DNA of 57,388 nt, filler included, from Hydrolagus affinis (taxonomy: Eukaryota), in the NCBI GenBank assembly GCA_012026655.1. It is 3 parts of 3 records of this genome, joined end to end, with 100 filler letters (N's around TTAATTAATTAA, not from the genome) between each part and the next. Parts side by side here need not be neighbours in the genome. Positions count along the whole stretch, not along the records: positions 30,297 to 47,286 come from JAAILG010016214.1; positions 47,387 to 57,388 come from JAAILG010026133.1; 1 more part is not named here. One strand, given 5' to 3'. A program made the position numbers and the translations under genes. Every line of letters starts with the position of its first letter. Positions within the stretch are counted from its first letter, which is position 1. Of the stretch, positions 46,966-57,388 are shown one piece after another. The notes beneath the pieces were generated by a model. That model ran no database searches. It was not told where the DNA came from and saw nothing but the letters and a program-made list of their open reading frames with translations.

Positions 46966-47286
46966 GTGTATTTAATGTCACGGTTTGTAGGGAGAGCGTT
47001 GATAGTGTGGTTGGAGGATGTTGTCTGGGAGGCAGTGAGATGAACAGTGAATGACACACAGAAGTTGCGATACACTGTGAGGGAGCTGGTCTGAGTTGCT
47101 TGTATGAAAACTTGAGTCTATATCATCGAGCGACATTTGCTCTGCTCTGTCATCTCGCTCATCCATTGGTTCGTTTCCAACACTGACCTCTATTTGATGA
47201 GTCAGCTGTCTGACACATGCAACAAGTTACACCAAGAATCCTATTTCAAATCGTCCAAACACATACATGATTTTCACTTAGCTGTG

Positions 47287-47386
47287 NNNNNNNNNNNNNN
47301 NNNNNNNNNNNNNNNNNNNNNNNNNNNNNNTTAATTAATTAANNNNNNNNNNNNNNNNNNNNNNNNNNNNNNNNNNNNNNNNNNNN
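47287..47386. other. Assembly gap with TTAATTAATTAA linker
   Basis: 44 N + 12-nt linker + 44 N. Confidence 0.95.
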
Positions 47387-47396
47387 GTCCATGCAC

Positions 47397-47442
47397 TGCC
47401 GTACCCACTGTATCCACAGTGATACAGTCCAATGCAAATACT
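47397..47442 (-). other. D segment (GATACAGTGGG[T]) with upstream 12-RSS
   Basis: Minus strand: AGTATTTGC - 12 nt - CACTGTG - GATACAGTGGGTACGGCA. It is 12/23-compatible with the IgH-like V 430 bp upstream. The 3' heptamer lacks CAC, and its spacer runs into the gap. Confidence 0.7.
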
Positions 47443-47848
47443 GAGCCCCAACGTCAGCTCAATACTGGCTGCAGAAATGTATTCAAAGGTTAAATTATCA
47501 TTTGACATGACACCGACTGTGTCTAGTATTTGCTTCGTATCCACAGAAACAGAAAAATATTTATCCCCAGCAGCGTTTAACAAGAGAGTACATCTGAACC
47601 GTTACACAGCCAGTCTCCATTCGCTATCCTTAACACCTCAACAGCAGAGATTCACTTACCAGGTAAAATTATCAAGTATATAATTATATAATATTACAAC
47701 AAACGTGAGCAGCTCATTCGCCCCATTCAAACCATGATTTATTACATTGAATAAGTTTGATAAGAAATCCATTAATTGCTTTTTCTTTAAACTTCGTTAT
47801 ACTAACCCAATGAGTGTAGGGTGGGAGGGGCTGCCTTTCATCCCCTTG

Positions 47849-47887
47849 TGTATTTGTAGCAGCTCAGCCCAGTTTCCTCTCACTGTG
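47849..47887 (-). other. 23-RSS of the IgH-like V
   Basis: CACAGTG - 23 nt - ACAAATACA. Confidence 0.88.
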
Positions 47888-48357
47888 ACTCTGCTCTAGC
47901 ACAGTAATAGGTGGCCGTGTCCTCCACTCTCAGGCTTTTGATTAGCAGATCGAAGATGTTATTGGAATCCTCTCTGATGACAGTGACACGGTTTTCAATC
48001 CCAGCCGCGAAGCCATTGCTGGATGAGCTGTAATGCCAGAGGAGCTGCTCCCGCTGTTTCCCGGGAAGCTGCCGGTACCAGAACATGTTGTACCAGCCAA
48101 TATTGAACCCGCTGGCTCTACAGGTCAGTCTCAGGGACCGGCCAGCTTTCCCGGTTAGAGACTCCGGCTGTGTCAGCACCACAGCGGCCTGGACACCTGT
48201 AAACAACAATTCACCGAAGATTAATGATTGTGCATTATCCTGGCTCGGCGATATGGCAGAGAGAATAACACAGACACTGGAATATTGCGATTGACATAAA
48301 ACAGTACTCACAGGAGAAGAGACACAGCAACAGACTGAGGGATATGAGGGACCTCAT
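47888..48357 (-). CDS. Intact IgH-like V segment within the TCR V array (TAILV/VH-delta-like)
   Basis: Leader 48357-48312 MRSLISLSLLLCLFS. V exon 48196-47888: VQAAVVLTQPESLTGKAGRSLRLTCRASGFNIGWYNMFWYRQ..NNIFDLLIKSLRVEDTATYYCAR. Framework resembles shark VH rather than TCR V. Confidence 0.88.
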
Positions 48358-51300
48358 CTCTCTGGCCACTTATTAGAACTGAGGCTTCTGCCCAATAACT
48401 GAGGGACCGGGAGCTGCCAGATGGACAGATGGGCTCAGTCCCCAGCGACCGCTATTTAACAAGGACAAGGGCGGCAGGTATTGGAGTATCGACCAATACC
48501 TACAGGACTGGGGCGAGTCACGCCTTGGATTCCCTCTGACCTGCAGAGATCAATCATTGTACCTTTGTATTCTACTTATACACCTGATTAATATTAATAT
48601 AGTTCTCAATAGTATCAGTCTCAGCGCTGACCCTTAAGGGTCTTGAATAGTTTCCTTCCAAGCGATTGTGTGTGGATTTGTAAATTCGAAATAAATCAGC
48701 AGAAATACAATTTCATGGCGCGATTGGTAAATATATGGAAGAGCCTCCTTTGAAAGCCGATGAAAGAAAAAAATGTCAATTAATTAAAGCAAATTAGGTT
48801 ACTTTTAGGAAATAAAATATGGGGACAAAGTATATAATTTGGGAGATTAGGTACATGTGAGTTCCGGGATGGTAGACGGCGCGATGGATAGACCTTGCTC
48901 TTATTTAATCTAACTATTCCTATTTTCCTGTTGAAACGATGATTATTATTTTAAGCCCCACATTTGATAAAGAGCCTTACTGGGTCAATAAAAGGTAATA
49001 TTGCCGTGAGTGAAATGACTGAGCATCTTGTTGCCCAAAATTAATATTGTAGCCTCTGGTAGTGTAATGCAGAACAAAGAACATTAACTGAAAATAATAG
49101 CTAGGATATTTAGGAGTGAAAACGCCAAATGGCAATGGAAATCTGGAAATCACTTTCCATCAATACAGTGCATACTTGCTTGACGTGGATAGATATCTGT
49201 TCGGTTAGCTTTGTGTTATTAAGTGATGCGTGGTAAAGACGTATATTGGGAGATGCAGTACAGATCAGCTATGATCTTGTCGAGTTTCAGAACAGGTATG
49301 AGGGGCTGACATGCCTGCTCAAATATCCATGCTCTTAATGTAAAATGTTCGATATTTTAATGAGGTTAAAATTGAGGCTGACGTTTGAAATACAGAATAA
49401 TTTTTTTTTCTCATTTTCATTTCCTGCCAATTTGAGCATCAAGAAATTAATTGTTTTGTTTCCTTCAGCGGATCTCACTTGGCGTAATTTAGACATGCAA
49501 TTTATGTTCCATGCTCTTTTAATCCTTTTTTTCTATTTTGTCTCTTGTCAATATTTTTTTCTCCCTACTAATATTCCCTCTCCTTTCTCTTACTTTTCTC
49601 CTTGATACCGTTGGCATTGTTGAAAATATTTACAACTTTAGCTTCCAGCACAATTCCAGTGATATTCATTACCCTTTTCATGCCCTATATTTGCTTAAAT
49701 CACAAAATTGATTTTGATGAACTAATATGAAGATTATAAACGATTTGATGTGTTGGCTCAGGCTTTCAATTCTGGTGTGATCACTTGATGTGAGAAGCCA
49801 GATGGCGAGAGCTGCTGGTGTAGTCAGATCCCAGTGAACTGCGAGGACCAAAGTCCTGACAGTCTTCCAGGAAAAGAAGAGAAGCAACTGAAGAAGCAAA
49901 CTGCAGAAAAAAAAATGTGATGTGAAGTTTGCATCAGAAGTGATATCAGTGGCTCATTCCTGAAACTCTATCCTCCTTACTCCACACGCAGTAAGTGAAA
50001 ACCCAGGTGTTAGTCGATTGATGGATTGCTTTCCCGGGGTAATAATACGATCAAAACAACCATAATACAGTGAATCTGGTCACTATAGCAAAATCCACAA
50101 AGGCTGTTATCTTATAGCAAACTTGTCAAATCAGACACCCTCGCACGACAGAAAATATATCACTGTAATATACACACTGGGTGCAGAGAACGATTCAGTG
50201 CCAAGCTGACCCACAAAACACTTGGGCATTGAGGGAACATTAAGCAAAAATACAATTTAAAGGTGTATGATTATCCTTCCATTTTACATAGCGCCTCATT
50301 ACATCTTCGAGACTTCTGGAAGGGTTGTTCAGAATATAATGTAAAGAGTTGTGGGAAAAAATACGGTAGATAATTGTATTAGTTTTTATTTTTGAATTAT
50401 TATTCAAGATACGTTTTCATGACATTGTTATTTACAAACAACAGGACAATCCTGGTAATCAGTCTGTCATTGAAAGCGTCATATTTTACATCTTTCGGAA
50501 TGAACCCAAATAATGTAATCATTTGTAAATGATGAATATCTAATACATTTGAAAAAGCTCATTTGAATATTCGTAACACAAGATTGTTCTATATTAGTAT
50601 GTTTTTGGTGTATTGGCAGATGTATCCGGCAAAGTATTCAATAACGTTTTCTGTTGAAATTAAAGAACTCCCAGGCCCCTGGAGCTGTATTGGCTTCGGC
50701 AGCAATTCTCTCTAACATCATTTCTCAATTGTGTCTGCACATTCCTGCATGTCCTCACTTATTATATATCAATTATTCACCTTAACCAACGTCGCAAAAG
50801 ACTGTGATTATGGCATCCTGAGGTTTGGTATTGAATAGTTGTTACACAGTCTCATTGTGAAAATGTCATCAAGTATCCGAGTTGATGAATAATGAACTGT
50901 GTTTTTATATTGTGGTATATCTATAATATAATGAGGCAGAGATAGACAGGTACATTATCCTGTAAATAATACGTTAACGTCTTACATTCAGCTGGTAATG
51001 TGGTTATTTATTCCCTGGAAGGTTAAGCCGATACTGATACATCTTCTGTATTGTCTGTAGTAATCTTGCAGATAAAATAAATAAGAGGGGCTGGCTTCAT
51101 TTAGCATCCATTAGAAACGATGGCAAGTCTTCAGTCCTCATATTGCTGTACTGGTTTGTGTTAATTTCTGTTAGATTAATTCAAGATTGCGTGTTTATAT
51201 GAAGTTAGTTTTGGAAGATTTAACAGAATAATTTATCTGGATGAACTGTTTTTTCGCTAAATGCTACACAAGTTGCTGTTTTTCGTATCTAAAGTTATCT

Positions 51301-53049
51301 GACTAGGAGCACTCTGGGAAGATGTTTCACACAGGGTAAGTCAAGCTGCCTTTAGGTGGGGCGGAAACTCAGAACAGAGTTGCCAGGAAGCAGCTGTGAT
51401 TGTGTGCAGTCAGTCAGTGAGCAGTTTCCTGCCTTCACACCGTGGCGCCCACTCCCTGACTTTTTATATATCAGTGCACTTCCCACCAATAGCAGCAACC
51501 TCAGCGACACCTGCTTGGTCACCAAAGCAGCTGCGATTGTCAGACGAGAAATCGTCGTACAAATACGGATAATAATAGCTTAGACCTAATCTATTTGTCA
51601 AAGCGGCTTTCACACCGGAAGAACAGCTGAAAACACCTGGATGGTTGACTTTAAAATGTGGTGAAGTCCTTTTCAAATCAACTTAATTCAAGCATTTACC
51701 CATTCAAGTCTTGCGATTTCCTCCACAAATTTTTGTCTTTTTCTGTGACAGAAGGGTACTTTGTTCAACAAAATATGCTAAGCATCAGACCATTGTGAGT
51801 GGTAACATAGTTTATCTTCTGGGTGAATTCCATTTAAAATGCCTAGGTTGCCATATGCCAATCTCGTATTATAGATTACATTAATTATTCAGTTGCATTA
51901 ATCTTGTGATATATTTAAACTACTGGTTCAATGAGAAATTGGCATAACAATTATTATTGTTCTGAGTGAAAGTGTGCGGGCTGATACACAATTTCGAGAT
52001 TACTGAACTCACAGTTTAATTGAGGAGTAAGTAAAATATTATATACACTTCGCAGTGAAATCCATATCGATTCTACCGTATCAAAGATTTCAGATTTAAT
52101 ACTCAATTAGTCTACTTGTATTATTTACTAATCCTTAGATTGTTACACAACTGTATTATTTGTCTCTGCACAAACGTTTGAAGTACACTGCAGTCTATCT
52201 GTTGCAATATCAGACAGGCCCCTTCCCTCACCTCACAGCTTCCCCTTGTGAATAGACATGGTCGGCCTGAGGTTTGGGGAATTATTTTAATTCACGGAAT
52301 AGCTATCTTGAATCACAGTTGTAATATATTCATTTGGTAATTTGTTCAATTTATGTAATTTTTAATTGAAACCTGAGCGTTACCAAAGTCTTAAAATATA
52401 TATTTTTTAAAATAGTAATCCCTTTGTGCACCAGTAATTATACGGACAAAAGGAAAAGACTGAGATATATTCGTTTACTCTTTGAACATTATACCAAATC
52501 AGCGTTAGGCAGGAATAAACAATAAGAATAAACAATCAGTTGAATTTCAATGCATGATGTGTCAGAGAGACGATGATCCTTAGAGCAGCAAGACGTGATG
52601 AACGAACCGACGAGCTTGGAGCTTTTCTATCTCCAGAATAGCCGACAAAAGTGGGATCAAATAGAGCTGATTAAATCTTATCTGAAATTGTTGAAGTAAA
52701 GACAGATAAATATTGTTGTTTGCAAGAAGCAAGTTTTGGCCGCAAGATTCTGGATATTATGGGAAATTTCATTGCGCACACCAGAATATGTTTCTTCATT
52801 CTGCGTGCAATATACAACTGGCAAATGTTGATCAGATATGTGTTTCTTTGAAAATGTATTCAATAAAAACGGTTTGATGCTGTGATGTGGGCATCATGGT
52901 TGTTGTTCTGGAAGGATTGTATGGGATTTGACCAAGGCGATTATTTTTCTAATTCTGTTGACACAGAACCAAACGCTGACATGTGGTGACTAGCTTCCTC
53001 AAGAGAAGACTCGCTTGAGAAACTCCAAATGTTGTATATCTGACAACGA

Positions 53050-53200
53050 TTGAGTGAGTGAGTGAGTCAGTCAGTCAGTCAGTCAGTTATTCATTCAGTC
53101 GGATGGACGGACTGAGGGACGGACGGACGTACGGTCAATCGGTCGTTCGGTCGGTAGTTAAGGGAGTCGGCCATTCGATTGGTCGGTTAGTTCACTAGTT
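53050..53200. repeat. Compound tetranucleotide microsatellite (GAGT/CAGT/GGAC/CGGT)
   Basis: Successive 4-bp-period tracts that drift in sequence. Confidence 0.8.
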
Positions 53201-53699
53201 AGTACTTCAGCAGCAGTGCACTTCCCTGTCCTGCCAATGAGCCATTCTGGGCAGTGCGGACTAAATGCGGACCTTCCTTGTTCAGAGACCGGATTAGAAA
53301 CAGTCCTGGACAGGATTCTGATATTGTGCTACCAAGCAACAATTCCCCTCTATTCAGGCCAGCTCCTCTCCCCTCATTGATCTCAAGAACGCAAACCCCA
53401 ACCAAAGTATTGAATGGCAATTACAGGGGGCAATGGCTCTCTCTGGCGGCAGCACATACGTTTCTTGATCATTTGTATACACAGTGAATGATTGTGTAAT
53501 ACGAATAATCCGTGCAGTAGATAGAGTGGATTTCATATCTTCCAGACGTCTGAAAGCGCTTCAAAGAACACACTGTTAAGATGAATTGACCGTAATTGGG
53601 GGGCGAAACCTGACCAATGTTGGAATCGAATTCAGGTCTCTCACTTGTAAGGCGAGCCCTCACTGCAGTAATACCGCAGTCAGCCACCGGGAGGGGTGG

Positions 53700-55190
53700 T
53701 GGTGGGGAGAACGTGAAAGAGAGATACTCACAGAATGAGATAGAGAGAGTGAGGGAGAGAGTCTGAGATATACACACTGAGGGAGACACATGCAGTGAGG
53801 GAGAGACAACCACAGTCTGTGTATGACTCTCTATCTCTGGGAAAAACAAACACACCCGAGAGAGTAAGACACACACACACACTCGCAGCCTCACATACAG
53901 AGAGAGACACACACACAAATAAACTCGCAGACTCACATACAGAGAGAGACACACACACAAATGTACTCGCAGACTCACATACAGAGAGAGATACGCGCAC
54001 ATTCACACGCCTTAAAGACACTCGGAGACAGACGCAAACAGAGAGAGAGGTGGGGGTAGGGGATACAGGCACACATACTGAGTGTGAGAGAGACACACAC
54101 ACACACACACAGAGAGGCGGTGGGGTGGGGAGAAACACACTCATACAGAGAGAGAGGGAGGTGGTAGACATACATATATAGAGAGAAAGGGTGGAAACAT
54201 TCACACGTATGGAGCGAGCGACACACACACATTTACAGAGTGAGAGGGTGTGGGAGACACATGAATATACATAGAGAGAGGAGGGCGACATACATACAGA
54301 TAGAGAGAGAGACACACACACATGCAGAGAGAGGACTGAGAAACATACTCATAAAGAGAGGGGAGACACACATTTGCACAGAGAGAGGGGGGAGACACAC
54401 ACAGATACATAGAGGGGGAGATATAGACACACATACATACAGAGAGAGGTGAGGATAGACACACACATATACAGAAAGGGGGGTGGGAGACACACACATA
54501 CAGAGAGGGGAGGGGGGTGAGAGACACATGCAGAGAGCGCTGGCGAGAAACACATTCATACAGAGAGAGGTTGAGGCACACACATGCACAGAGAGAGTGA
54601 GGGGAACACACACACATACAGAGAGAGAGAGGAGACACCCATATATACAGATATATATATATATAGAGAGAGGGGGAGAAATACACTCATATAAAGAGAT
54701 GAGGGGGAGACATACATATATAGAGAGGGTGGAGACATACACACATATGGAGCAAGAACACGCTCTCATGCAGAGAGAGGGAGAGAGGGGGTGGGAGACA
54801 CACACAAAGATAGGGATGGGGGGGATACACACATACAGAATGAGAGAGACACGCACACACACATTCAGAGGGAGGGAGGCTAGAAACATACGCACAGAGA
54901 CAGGGTAGGAGACACACACACTCAGCCCCCGTCTCTCACACAGAGACACACAGCCCCCACACATATACAGCCCCTCGCACAGAAACACAGCCACAACCCC
55001 CACATACACCCCCCTCGCACAGCCACCCACAACCCCCCCCATACAGCTCCCCCTTCCCACACACATACACTCAGCCCCTCCACACACATAAAGCCCCCTC
55101 ACGCAGAAATACACCCCCACCCACACCCACACGCACATAGTATCCCCTCAAACAGCCACACAGCCCCCCACCCACACACACACATACAGT
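53700..55190. repeat. Low-complexity (CA)n/(GA)n-rich tract with an internal ~44-bp tandem at 53860-53995
   Basis: Dinucleotide runs; three copies of ACTCGCAG(A/C)CTCACATACAGAGAGAGA. Confidence 0.9.
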
Positions 55191-55775
55191 TATAATGTAT
55201 ATGTTGGTGCAGTCCTGTAGCTCAGTGTTTGGAGCAATCGCCTTACAAGCCAGAGAACTGGGTTCAATTCCAGACAGGGAGCAGCTTGGGCAGGTTCCAT
55301 CTCCACACGTCTAATAACAACCCCACACACAAAACAAATAATTACATAATACTGAAATCATAGTTAGATAAGAAATAATAATTAATTCATTAACTATTTG
55401 AAAAAATTAATGCGAAACAATTGAAATAATTAATAAATTATTTATTAATTTATTTTTTTAATAATGTATTAATTATTAAAGTAATCAATAAATTGGTTAA
55501 AAAAATACAAAACAACTAAAATATATCTATATTATAAAAGGTCATTTCAACCTGTGAGTGTTTGTGGCCAATGCTGTGCGCAATTGGCTGCCTTGTGTTG
55601 CCCACACACATATATAGAGTCACTTCACTTTACAGTGAATTGTGTGAAGCGCTGTGAATACAGTACAGTATATACCATGACATGTCAGGCCTGGAGGGTG
55701 ATACACACCATCACTGTGTTGTCTGTTCATCAGGACAACAATCCAGTGAGAGCCAGTGGGCGGGTCTCTCTCTCC

Positions 55776-55992
55776 TGTCAATCACTGGTAACCAGGGAAA
55801 CGGGGGGGGTCCCTCTCATTTGTCAATGAATGGTTACCAGGGAAACGGGGGGCGTCTCTCTCACTCTGCAGTCAATTAGCCGTTACCAGGGAAAGGAGGG
55901 ATGCTCCCTCTCCTGTCAATGACTGGTTACCAGGGAAACGGGGGGCGTCCCTCTCTCTCTTTCTCCTGTCAATCACTGGTTACCAGGGAGAC
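55776..55992 (+). promoter_or_regulatory. Five tandem units, each with GTCAAT plus an RFX X-box-like GT(T/A)ACCAGGGA(A/G)A core
   Basis: Units start at about 55776, 55821, 55870, 55913 and 55966; the core resembles the RFX consensus GTTRCCATGGYAAC. Confidence 0.55.
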
Positions 55993-55999
55993 ATTGTAC

Positions 56000-56089
56000 G
56001 CGCAGGCAAATTGCGTCATCAAAGTCCGTCAGCAGATCACGTGCTCAGTGTCCCTGTTGGCGGCGGCAGAGACACAGAGAGAGGAGAAG
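56000..56089 (+). other. Probable non-coding first exon of a plus-strand gene
   Basis: CpG-containing stretch with TGCGTCA (56012) and CACGTG (56038), ending in a GAAG|GTGAGA donor and directly downstream of the X-box array. Confidence 0.4.
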
Positions 56090-56099
56090 GTGAGAGCTC

Positions 56100-57388
56100 G
56101 ATACAGACGGTCAGGGGGAGAGAGAGAGAGAGGGTGAGTCTGTGTGTGAGTGTGTCCCTGAAGGAGGGCCTGGTGTGAGGGTGAGTGTGTGTGTGTATCT
56201 CAGTATGTGTGTCTCTCAGTATGTGTGTCTCAGTGTGTGTGTGTGTGTCAGTGTGTGTGTGTGTCAGTGTGTGTGTGTGGCTGTGTGTGTGTTTCTCCCT
56301 GACCCGCCCTGGTCTTCCTTGTAAGGGGTCCTGGTGTGAGGATGAGTGTGTGTGTCTGTTTGTGTCTCTTGTGTGTGTCTCCCTGACCCCCTCTCCCCCC
56401 CGCCCCCCACCCTTCCTTGTCTCCTTGTCGCGGGTCCTGCTATGAGGNNNNNNNNNNNNNNNNNNNNNNNNNNNNNNNNNNNNNNNNNNNNNNNNNNNNN
56501 NNNNNNNNNNNNNNNNNNNNNNNNNNNNNNNNNNNNNNNNNNNNNNNNNNNNNNNNNNNNNNNNNNNNNNNNNNNNNNNNNNNNNNNNNNNNNNNNNTGT
56601 GAGTCTGTCTGTGTGTGTGAGGGTGTGTGTAGCTGTGGCTGCGTCTCTCTGTGAGTGTGTGTGTATGTGGGTGAGTTTGTTTGTAGTCTCCCTGATCCCC
56701 CCACCCCCCCACCCCACGCCCCTTGACTCCAGCCTGGTGTGTGGCTGCTATCTGTATCTATGTGTGTCCCTGACAGCCTTGTTTCCCTCTAGGTGGTTCT
56801 GGTGTGAGGGTGGGTATGGCTGCTGTGTGTGTGTGTGTGTGTGTCTCCCTGACCCTCCCTCCCCACCCCCCTCTCCCACCCCTTGTCTCCCTATAATACG
56901 TTCTGATGTGAGTTTGTGTGTCTCTGTGTCTTCCTGACGCCTCTCCCCCTTGACTTCCCTGTAAGCATTCCTGGTGTGACGATGAGTGAATCTGTGTGTG
57001 TCCCTGACCCCCCACCCCCCTCTTGTCCATCTGTTGAAGAGCCTGGTGTGAGGGTGAGTGTGCTTATGTGTCTGTGTCTCTGTGTGTGTGTCTATGTATG
57101 TGTTCCTGACCCCCCTTGCCTCCCTGTAGAGGGTCCTGGTGTGAGGGTCAGTGTGGCTGACCCTGTATGTGTGTCTGTGTGTTTGTGTCTCTGTGAGAGT
57201 GTGTATATGTGAGATGAGAGTGAGTGTGTTTGTGTATGTTGTCTTCCTGAACCCCCCCCCCCCCCGACCCCACGAATCCCTTGTCTCCCTATCAGACGTC
57301 CTGGTGTGAGGGTGAGTGTGTCTGTTTGTGTGTCTGTGTCTCCGTGTGTGTCTCCCTGACCCCCCATTGTCTCCCTGTAGGGGCTGCA
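56100..57388. repeat. TG-rich minisatellite built on CTGGTGTGAGG...TCTCCCTGACCC; 150-N gap at 56448-56597
   Basis: Recurring motifs with variable (TG)n spacers. Confidence 0.85.

Noticed and set aside
47060-47090. CACAGTG on the minus strand near 47073 as a possible second D
   Set aside because: No nonamer at 12 or 23 nt and no upstream heptamer; it lies in the promoter of the V at 46965.
46275-48357. NAR-TCR-type double-V cassette (IgH-like V plus supporting V)
   Set aside because: The downstream TCR V has its own leader exon, no J is visible, and the upstream V is VH-like rather than VNAR-like. Not fully excluded because of the gap.
51464-51676. 70-aa minus ORF with YYYPYLYDDF
   Set aside because: Short, non-ATG start, no splice context or family motif that I recognise.
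55212-55290. tRNA-like sequences here and at 27100, 38560, 39630, 44750, 46170 and 53620
   Set aside because: Acceptor stems do not pair, and most run into a shared non-tRNA body; these are SINE heads, not tRNA genes.
53469-57367. Many long ORFs (up to 301 aa) rich in C, V, H and T
   Set aside because: Translations of (CA)n/(GA)n/(TG)n low-complexity DNA.

Overview
Vertebrate, most likely cartilaginous-fish, immune-locus DNA. Nearly all genes lie on the minus strand, in a background rich in L2 and CR1 LINEs and tRNA-derived SINEs, with three assembly gaps. Left half (1-28.4 kb): three tandem units of a non-rearranging Ig-superfamily receptor family with leader, germline-joined VJ-type domain, C1 domain and TM. 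Gene A (7247-13391) is complete by hand splicing (7 exons, 375 aa) and has a SIRP-alpha-like tail with four Tyr motifs. Gene B (24685-28202) has leader-V-C1-TM, but I found no ITIM exons for it. A third copy survives only as a promoter plus ATG at about 3070. Right half (31-48.4 kb): eight TCR alpha/delta-type V segments with 22/23-bp-spacer RSS. Two are fully canonical, three are open but lack Cys23, and three are pseudogenes. They are followed by an intact IgH-like V with camelid-VHH-like FR2 residues and one D segment. I saw no J or TCR/Ig constant exons. The far right is low-complexity DNA around a five-copy RFX X-box-like array and a probable first exon of a plus-strand gene. All calls come from manual reading with no database searches, and repeat boundaries are approximate.
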